DNA from: an uncultured virus (IMG/VR IMGVR_UViG_3300008448_000010)
Lineage: Duplodnaviria; Heunggongvirae; Uroviricota; Caudoviricetes
Reading direction: 5' to 3' (one strand)
Length of the DNA: 64,000 nt
Virus record (IMG/VR): IMGVR_UViG_3300008448_000010
The notes under the pieces were generated by a model. That model saw only the letters and a program-made list of their open reading frames with translations. It searched no databases and was not told where the DNA came from. The translations under genes were made by a program, and so were the position numbers. Shown here piece by piece: positions 58,901-64,000 of this stretch. How positions within the stretch are numbered: the stretch's first letter is position 1; every line of letters starts with the position of its first letter.

Positions 58901-60821
58901 GTTTTGATATTGTTCCTCTAACTTGTTTACCACTTTCTAAAACACTAATAATTTTTTCTCTAGTTTCTCTAACACCAAGTACTGGTGCAACATCTTCAGG
59001 TTCAGATAATGTTTCAAATAAATCATCTGTAACTAAATTATCTGTATTCTCTTGAGCTTTAGCTAATTGTTCTGTGAACTGATTAGGAATTGCAAAACCC
59101 ATATAACTATTAAAAGCTTTACTTTCTTGAGTTACATCTAAAAAGATTTTTGTATTTGGTAATCCTTTTAATAATTCAATATAGTCAGAGTAGTCATCAT
59201 TTAATGTATTGGTCTGAAGATCATAATCTTGATAAAGATTAGCATCAAGTAACTCTTTATTATAAGTCATTTTAGCTGAATAGAATTTACCAACTGTACC
59301 AGAAGCTTCCATCAATGATTTAGAAATGACATCAGCTGCTTTAGGTGCATCTAAGTTTACAGTAATCATTTCACTATAACCTTGTTGAAAAGTTGTAGGT
59401 GAATACTTATATATAAGTGTATCTGTATTTTCTAAATATTGTAAATCATGTTTTCTTGTTGCAGGAGAAGCATTATTTGCTAAGAATTGAGCTACAAATG
59501 AATACTTCTGCTTATTAGTCATGTTCTTATTAGTCAATACTGCAGCAATCTTTTTAGCAATATCTTCAGTAAGGTTTGGTCTATCTACTTTAATCTCTTC
59601 ACCTTTAATAGTAACTATAGCTTGACCTTTTTCTAAACCAGCTCTTGGTGACTTTACAAGATCAAGAGATCTAATAGCATCATTATCATCTTCTAGTATA
59701 AGTGTTACATTAGAAAGATTTAATGACTGAGGTTTATTACTACCAACTCCTGTACTAACTCCAACAATGTCAATTAATGGAGCTGTGTTATCTTTAATTA
59801 GTTTTTGTCTAAAGTTATAGAGTTCTTCAAATTCCTTTTGCTGTCTAGCTTCTGCTTCTTCAAAAGAAATATCAGCTTTTTGTGCTAAAATTGCCGGATC
59901 AATAATCTGATCACTTTTACCATAGATATCTGTTACTCTATAATTAGAACCTTCTTTTCTTACTTCTCTTAAAAACTGAAACACTATTGTGCCCCCTAGT
60001 TCTTTAGTAGTAATATTTCCTTTCTCATCAAAGAATAATGGATTCCCAGTTTCAACATTATCTGTAATAACCATTAAGAATATCTTATCTGGTGTAGTTA
60101 CATTTGCTTGAGCCTTTCCAGCACCAAGTAAAAATCCAGCACGGTTGAGTAATCTTAATGTAGTCTTATCTAATAACTCAGGATTTATATCAGAAAGCTT
60201 AATAGGCTTTAACTTTAATACTGTGTTTTGATAAATAAGTTCTTTTAATGGAGTATTGTTATTTGCATTCTCTCTAATAGCACTTAATGTAGTATAGATA
60301 GTTCTTCTACCTTGATCTAAGGTTTCTGTTTCAATATCTTTATTAGGATCTTTAGAAATAAATTCTTGGAATGTAGTAGATAATGCTGAATATGGTTGAT
60401 AATTAAATGGATCAACAGTAATTGAATCTGAAGAAGTTTCTTTTATTTCAAAAGCTTCATTAGCTTTTTTTTCAACTAGTTCTTTTTTAACTTCTGGATT
60501 TAAAGTTGGATTAAAATAAGTAACGGCATTAATAAGACCATTGTCATCTTTCTTAAATTGTTTAATCAACGGTCTAAGCATGTCTGTGCTTATCTCAAAC
60601 TCTTCTATGCTAGGTCTAAATGAAGCAGTACCAATCAAAGATGGTACTTGTTGCAAAAACTTAGCTGCAGTATCTACATCCTTATTTTTTGCAATCTTAT
60701 TAAAAAGATCTGTCATGTATTGTTTAGCATCAAATGCTTCCCCTTGGTTGAGCATGTGACCATAAACATTAGCATATAATTTCTCAACTTGAGATTGAGT
60801 AAGTGCACAAGTAACTTTCAT
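49938..60821 (-). CDS. crAss-like single-chain virion RNA polymerase (double-psi beta-barrel), polyvalent, with zincin, SLOG-like and ART-like domains
   Basis: 3627 aa; catalytic DYDVD at 53853-53867 preceded by RIP; DGQG motif; HEAWH at 58323-58337. Confidence 0.85.
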   Translation of the reverse strand: MKVTCALTQSQVEKLYANVYGHMLNQGEAFDAKQYMTDLFNKIAKNKDVDTAAKFLQQVPSLIGTASFRPSIEEFEISTDMLRPLIKQFKKDDNGLINAVTYFNPTLNPEVKKELVEKKANEAFEIKETSSDSITVDPFNYQPYSALSTTFQEFISKDPNKDIETETLDQGRRTIYTTLSAIRENANNNTPLKELIYQNTVLKLKPIKLSDINPELLDKTTLRLLNRAGFLLGAGKAQANVTTPDKIFLMVITDNVETGNPLFFDEKGNITTKELGGTIVFQFLREVRKEGSNYRVTDIYGKSDQIIDPAILAQKADISFEEAEARQQKEFEELYNFRQKLIKDNTAPLIDIVGVSTGVGSNKPQSLNLSNVTLILEDDNDAIRSLDLVKSPRAGLEKGQAIVTIKGEEIKVDRPNLTEDIAKKIAAVLTNKNMTNKQKYSFVAQFLANNASPATRKHDLQYLENTDTLIYKYSPTTFQQGYSEMITVNLDAPKAADVISKSLMEASGTVGKFYSAKMTYNKELLDANLYQDYDLQTNTLNDDYSDYIELLKGLPNTKIFLDVTQESKAFNSYMGFAIPNQFTEQLAKAQENTDNLVTDDLFETLSEPEDVAPVLGVRETREKIISVLESGKQVRGTISKPFGAQSKWHITTPKGNIIEFYNKEKNITAEDIATEVSLNLVPEAEFNGKKFTNVIEVKAGDKLLGYVRETEDFDAPKTAAPTKTVEEIEAEINETLDPKNVAKPEDGGAADIFFYRKGELPSDVSEEQIADAKTWWANSPLNKHIGFREVANIVNSDAFARFTAYGATLNGNLGMIDLAAKGSMVDVYHEAWHGFSQLYLSRAEKKALYREVQKKLGTKVDFFEIEEMLAEDFREYVRTGKVKANSPKRNSLFRKILNFLRELFGKGSVTDTADIKAVKELFDNLYLGKGLNIYTPSIDNVMFDVLYRNSGVVKPGTETDQVLNRQDSNLLKDSMDSIISDIIDDQVPSKVIKSGTLSILLDSRNREPLYKLIKIKLQDKLNSTTKQLEDTEDTKENEFKKELLENRIRILKAGLDNYGDTTNGLIKYHVDNSTYDLMRQKYTALELDEEGNLMEPANLENTERYGDKKDGQKSLIELAGKETLYILKSLHEGKINKNTNKIEYQYNELGFKKLADFRTTWNNTVRAIGGIQDAQEQYDKLVEESKTNAQIKQLVDTKIANPENSTNQYEFQATSAIWQDFSKSRIPYIQLTVFKTKIGEKEVPDGYYGTKMIDIFEYSTAVTDASNDVFNVIRKFQENFKASTTNLYVDRIGRDNIPTLNLQKVVDAFGINGKLDTSNSFAFARAIGFYLDDISIIKNTLKKDTKTIEQFGLPYIYDIVKRLNDKSKLENTNSTVKTVIAKFKNDPIQTLMDGIPENIIGTTREGQKNKIKEIATLQSKYGLEASTGMVLNAERNLVSEFIENNTISKQVYALNNATKLSDLWTTDKFQHMSYLDPATNPYTKRLATIRTLYELSSPEQKRRANRSLKLFMDSGTQIEGEDTGLNTTSLDVNGKFLQEINTMLKDGVQEFMRHASKSSSFGAKIEGGVIGLPGKEGSDGHLWIDVKMFTDNTAYEYGFKAHMLPYMEAEAERIFKFRQNKKEYSKYAGYNRDLGNGLMAGEVFTAFDNVLTKSSKEQIYKAIDKAIAEKKNFNLTEFLRNDNTGLLITVKDNVRTYFKDQTKINTGLLTNANFISKDLIKKMSDLGVAENQIEDKLVETYTYNSWVQNFEMAVLFYGDMSQYNHDKEELHKRNTGSTSGGRGFRTDIAARNFVKDFLAKTSYAKKAGMPTIAYDGTYNTAIIQDVKRTSEYLGQIEKGLRKDYERRYKEAGVKNAKAEIDIRVEKEISKYKDIEEADGQGFITFDAYRTLRYLENNWSNEQEILFQRILRGEEVNASDITEMFPVYKVQNFGALANTKLPVTAMHKFALAPLIPSVIEGSDLQSLHRQMMEDNIQYVSFQTGSKVGSETSTVNEEGEAVADEIYEPKSDQKVLKKNIKFTKNTIYLENLKNVTSVPNKYKNKTVFSTQLRKLILGGLYRNGKIINSNNKAVINAYEKAVDNYSKILKLELLHEIGYEENKETGKYTGNLKDFLNVVQRELERKDVPEHLVQMVGLNRDNSIKTDLSLHLMADEIEAILVALVEKRLIKQKVKGEPLVQVASSMSNGLWDNNLKKGTKADILKFMGTNNLPFYNNDTADGKTLAMKVAIALQGDFVNLLKLNHLDGQPIGTRARLNDMIKEDAWLDQNDNRKSVTLSAVRIPVQGLNSMEFMEVYEFLDPAAGNIIIPPTEIVAKSGTDYDVDKLTTFMPTIDTKGNFVKTGITNDELLAKVNRLAATPEGSKTATNLIKIQKAALENELISTIKGILELPDNYAGLVRPNDTYLLKDDIADKIENDVVEYNRFQNMHKESERIGKKGEKVISPTRTLEVSYNLHKHEVNMVGKRVLGLIAIENALHPVLNSIGASLPATYQNPVFDEGLQRNVDSKKQTNKTRLLLPHNKTTEGNVSLSGTDTADGLDNIGDLFSQMMNGAVDVEKNPWIFFIQGNYEIAPMITFLLKAGVPKEHAIMFVSNPLVREYAKQQRIIKGAYAKMTGKIDENFPETKTKYEAAVNALETVGIKKAGSLVSAKGYYKAAVDATSKSGILNDALEFDIKMMSKLVKNPNAPELKNHAVAMFLHFLELEKSTRGYTSLKFMSNPDTKTSKTLQEIIRRNLSIEDAKSMSTIEEGTVEKMMDSILGSFYDNKLIGDLIVPLFPLRNNDTVTNYIVKTIQLKQNIITRTFGRGHDGTRRFITEFKNAIPNYIYQNYKSNFIDENGNITSMPDNFEGFPVKEKAGVKNGAQIINGTLYIDKTRLSNEYSKKLYLRDNTDAAGYTKQGLRGFGNVEKLFPNESTYFKYVFERELQRNLYSMKSLETNKDYLKINSIIKDPAQSYEAYINQRALINAFNRETIMTLDGQSYTDMVLNMVEEFSELKNKYPILTQFTIPKVKTGERVLSLNDTKSLKDAQLAEIYFQNLEDLGNEDIKKVIDPEDNKRISKLFALLPQMMMYQHGIGYSKYGFTRALPYEGFIGVMQTASEIFINKQLNEDTLAVIFDKLVEPGNKVFKNLLVTPKQYLKPEPSVVKEEDEFMSEEEAVAMLEKMGIKPIGEESTQSSTSVNPAEFTNHSGGAYGGDTFWDMIGREFGVTKHMHYKDAGNANLSQKLRNAGIKATVLTKEQMDQARTEVERLLGQSYPDTLQGNLQVRNYYQVANADAVYAIAEITQVVDKDAPKNTTDITKSVNSYKHIVKGGTNTAVQLGIKLGKPVYVWDLATQSWYKWDGNRWFEETDTPTLTKNFAGIGSRDIESYNVQKDGKWLPREQYKGKKVEEAAKQAIRDVYVNTFKPTQSSTSVKEGVSELFDSNPELASIGTPEQYSEYLSTIFPNSQVKDIVYHGSGEKIEEFKDEFKATQNATIFDTPEYDKLGFFFTTDKNAADTIYAWKFDKQGNGVKTQNLNPSIINVLNPQRTKFVTDLLDAKNIDKTKDGYIAEESSEDYYIETETADGFTRELKPYQVIIVPKSEQINILGSKKDIEGFKNFVTQPPTDNLNAPDGLPGIPRTSTDCQ
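50578..51304. repeat. 25-bp exact direct repeat (encodes TQSSTSV) bounding a 702-bp in-frame module of the RNAP gene
   Basis: TTAACACTAGTAGATGATTGAGTAG at 50578-50602 and 51280-51304. Confidence 0.85.
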
Positions 60822-60825
60822 AGTA

Positions 60826-63800
60826 TTAACATTCTAAGTCATCCATTAATTCTTCATCTAATTCTTCAAGAGATTTAGCTGAAGCTGTCTCTTCAATTTG
60901 ATCAATTCTACCAGTCTTATTTTGTACAAAGGTATCTACTAAGTCTGTAGACTCAACTATTTTAATTTTATCTTCTGGTGTAACTTTTTCTTCTTCTATT
61001 TCTGTTGCATTCATTACAGCATCTTTTAATGTAAATGATTGGTTTAATGTACTAAAAGTTAGTGTTATAGAAGATGTTGAATTTAGTGGAGTAACTACTA
61101 TAGTATTATTACTAGCATTTACTGATTTAACCACTACTGTTTCATCTACTTGAACATTAACACCTGAAACAAAGATAGTATTTTTTGCAACAAGTTCTGT
61201 ACCTGGAGCCAATGATTCCGGAACAATTTTAATATCTTGTGGAGTATTTAATTGGTTAGCTTTTTCTTTATTCATAACTGCCATTTCTTGCAAGTCTTCT
61301 AAAGAGATTAACTGTTGTGAATTTTTAATACTAAGATCAGCTAATAAATTATTTAACTCTTCTTTTGTAGTTACTTTATCTAAGTCAGCTTTAAAGTCAG
61401 ATACCTTATATCTTAATGACTCATCAATATCAACAACTTCTCTTTCTTTTACTTCTGCTTCTACTGCAGGAGACTCTACATCATCACTTGATTCAGCATC
61501 TGCAGGAACAACATTTGTTTCTAAAGCAGCTATTTCTGCATCATATTTAGCATTAATTTCTTCTAAAGTTTCACTTCCAGGATATAGTAAATTATTTTTT
61601 CTAGAGTTTTCAATACTTGCTATTTTTTTTCTTTTTTCTATTAATTCCTTAGCATTAGGAATATTATTATCTAAAAGCTCTTTATCAAATGCTTCATTAA
61701 TACGTTCTAATTCATTAAATAATGTTCCTTTTAGTGCATCTAATGTATTACTAACAGGTTTTGATATTACACCATTTCTTTTTATATCTTCATCAGCTTT
61801 CTTTTGCCACTCATCTATTTTAGGTTTTGCAGACTCCTCAGCTTTTGTAAGTTTTTCTTGTCTTCTTCTTTCTATATCAGCTTTAGTATCTGTAGTAGTA
61901 ACTTTTTCTACAGGGATTAGTTTATCAATCTCTGCTTGAGCTTCTGTCTTGTTTAAAGCAATTAAGAAATCAGTAGCAAGTAATGTAGGTGAAGTAGGTT
62001 TATTAGCTGATAAGATTTTATCATCTGTAGTGCTGACACTCATCTCAATTGGTAAGACAGCAATCTTAGCTTCTGTGCCAAGCATACTCATTAACAAATT
62101 AGCATTAGCTGTTTGTAGCATTGCTGCTTGTTTTATCTTAGACTTAGGATTATCTTTTTTATTAAAGATATCCCAGTTACTTTTTGAATCCGGGGTCACT
62201 GCTACAATAGTTAAATTACTATTTGCATCTGCTACTAGTAAGTCTATTGTACTAGCCATTTTAGATTTAGTATCATATACCGTCAATCCTTGAGATACAA
62301 TAAATAATTCACCATTATCTACTCTTTGTTTTAACTTAGTAAGATATCCTTTATCACCAAATAGATTATCATATGCTTCTTGAGTAATTTTAGTTTCATC
62401 AAACATAGGAGTTCCTTCTGGATCAAATAAGTTTTTAACTTGTTCATCTACATAATCTTTAAATGGAGATTTAACTTCTTCAATACCTAATGCATTATTA
62501 GCAGTTTGGTATTCTTCACCATTTACTGTTATACCTTCTTCAGTTATTACTATATCACCTTGCTTTTCTTTAATAGTATTAATTTTATCTATAGCTGCTC
62601 TAAGTTCAGGAGTTAATCCTTTTCTGGATCTGGTTGCAATAAGTTTTTCAAAGTCAGTAACAAGAACTTTGTACTTACTCTTATTAGTCATATCTTCTGT
62701 AGTAGCATTTTCTTTATTATCAATTTCATTAATAAGTGCTCTGAATCTTCTTTGGATTTTTCTAAGATCAACAACTGTTTTATAGTCCTCTGTACTTTTT
62801 TCTTTACCTTGGTACATAAATTTAAACTCACCTTTCTCACCAGTTTCTTTAGTAGTTACATCTAACTTTTTCTTTTTATTAAATTCATCTATCTCAGCTT
62901 TTGCATCTTTATCAGTTTTCAAAAATCTATTAAATAAATTTAATTCTTCTTCTTCTGTAAGATTAACTTGATCTTGATCACTTAATTTAGATAGTATTTT
63001 TTCATTAAAAGATTTATATAAACTATTATATAAAGCTGGATAATCAAGAAGATTCTCAGAGTCATTTGTAACAGGTACAAAATCTACTACAGGTTTTTCT
63101 TCTTCAGTTGTAATTTCTTCAAGTCTATCTGCATATTCTTCTCTTGTCTTATTTTTAAGTTCTTCATATCTTTTTTCTATAGGAGCAACTAATTGAGGAT
63201 CAGATTGCTCACTGACAGTATATATTTGAACACTTGTAAAATCAACAGTTGCCTTTAAATTTTTAAAAATTTCACCTTCTTTTCCATCTAATCTAAGATT
63301 TCCTTCAAGATCTTTATATAACACTAAAGGTTCTGCATCTTCACTAAAAACACCTTCTGCAAATTCTTCTTGACCAAGTGTATTAAAAATTTCAGCAAGA
63401 GTTATATTAACTCCATTCTTAGATTTAAGAGTATTGCTAACAATCTTAACTTCTTTTTTTGGAACTCTATTAATAGCTTCTGCCATTTGCTCATCTATCT
63501 CATCAAGTTTAACACTTAATGATTGATCTAATGATTCTTTTAATGTTCCTGTTGATTGATCTTTAAGACTAGAAGCTTGTTCAAAAAATGCATAATAGTC
63601 ATCATAAGCTTTTGTTCCTTCAGGAATGATCATCTTTCTTGCATTATCAAAAAATTCTGAAGGTGGAGTAGCATCTTTTTTCCATTGAGCAAAATCATCA
63701 AGGCTGATATAAATACCTTCATTTGCTAATTTATTTAGTAAAGCATTATCTATAACTAAATCTAATTGCTCTCTGATCATTTTTTCATAGATCTCTCCTC

Positions 63801-64000
63801 TTTTATTATAGAGTTCTTTCATCCATTTTCTGTTTCTATCAGCAGTTTCCATGAGTGCATTTGGATCATGTAATAAATTTACATATTTCATTAAGTTATT
63901 AGCTTCATATCCTAATTTATAATGATCAGCTAATAATTCATAAGACTCATCAACATTTTGATCAAAAAGATAATCTCCATTTACTTCAGCAAGTGCTCTT
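60826..64000 (-). CDS. giant virion (ejection) protein, 3' part; gene continues beyond the window
   Basis: Frame stays open from 63891 to the window end; degenerate PD-(D/E)XK-like segment (STIDLLVAD). Confidence 0.75.
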   Translation of the reverse strand, partial: RALAEVNGDYLFDQNVDESYELLADHYKLGYEANNLMKYVNLLHDPNALMETADRNRKWMKELYNKRGEIYEKMIREQLDLVIDNALLNKLANEGIYISLDDFAQWKKDATPPSEFFDNARKMIIPEGTKAYDDYYAFFEQASSLKDQSTGTLKESLDQSLSVKLDEIDEQMAEAINRVPKKEVKIVSNTLKSKNGVNITLAEIFNTLGQEEFAEGVFSEDAEPLVLYKDLEGNLRLDGKEGEIFKNLKATVDFTSVQIYTVSEQSDPQLVAPIEKRYEELKNKTREEYADRLEEITTEEEKPVVDFVPVTNDSENLLDYPALYNSLYKSFNEKILSKLSDQDQVNLTEEEELNLFNRFLKTDKDAKAEIDEFNKKKKLDVTTKETGEKGEFKFMYQGKEKSTEDYKTVVDLRKIQRRFRALINEIDNKENATTEDMTNKSKYKVLVTDFEKLIATRSRKGLTPELRAAIDKINTIKEKQGDIVITEEGITVNGEEYQTANNALGIEEVKSPFKDYVDEQVKNLFDPEGTPMFDETKITQEAYDNLFGDKGYLTKLKQRVDNGELFIVSQGLTVYDTKSKMASTIDLLVADANSNLTIVAVTPDSKSNWDIFNKKDNPKSKIKQAAMLQTANANLLMSMLGTEAKIAVLPIEMSVSTTDDKILSANKPTSPTLLATDFLIALNKTEAQAEIDKLIPVEKVTTTDTKADIERRRQEKLTKAEESAKPKIDEWQKKADEDIKRNGVISKPVSNTLDALKGTLFNELERINEAFDKELLDNNIPNAKELIEKRKKIASIENSRKNNLLYPGSETLEEINAKYDAEIAALETNVVPADAESSDDVESPAVEAEVKEREVVDIDESLRYKVSDFKADLDKVTTKEELNNLLADLSIKNSQQLISLEDLQEMAVMNKEKANQLNTPQDIKIVPESLAPGTELVAKNTIFVSGVNVQVDETVVVKSVNASNNTIVVTPLNSTSSITLTFSTLNQSFTLKDAVMNATEIEEEKVTPEDKIKIVESTDLVDTFVQNKTGRIDQIEETASAKSLEELDEELMDDLEC

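Noticed and set aside
1..64000. Stop-codon reassignment, known in some crAss-like phages
   Set aside because: Giant ORFs are fully open in the standard code, and both TAG and TGA end genes at plausible boundaries

Overview
A 64-kb segment of an AT-rich crAss-like (Crassvirales-type) dsDNA phage genome. The host is most likely a Bacteroidota member: TAnnTTTG/TTTG promoters are present and leaders are A-rich with no Shine-Dalgarno. The genetic code is standard. Layout: (i) 1-10256 on the minus strand: tail fibre, BspA-like LRR protein, DUF1566 protein, GroES-like, DUF3310-like and Acb2/Tad1-like genes. (ii) 10256-15300: a divergent control/early region built from short promoter-terminator units. 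It has seven copies of a hairpin-plus-TACAGCTTTATACT motif, two twister-ribozyme-like RNAs with large structured inserts, and other structured RNAs. (iii) 15300-43982, mostly plus strand: replication and accessory genes (SF2 helicase, ClpS, UNG, DnaB, Sak4-like ATPase, SSB, primase, DUF2201/VWA with MoxR, RecE-like exonuclease, PolB), two repeat-delimited small-gene arrays and a GIY-YIG endonuclease insertion. (iv) 44052-64000 on the minus strand: three giant putative ejection proteins, including a 3627-aa single-chain virion RNA polymerase with repeat-bounded SLOG-like and ART-like C-terminal modules. Highlights are the GNA-triloop hairpin promoter candidates, the twister RNAs, a homing endonuclease carrying a recoded replacement 5' end for its target helicase, and the KIED and MKQTAVEWL cassette arrays. 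All family calls come from motif recognition by eye; no database searches were run.
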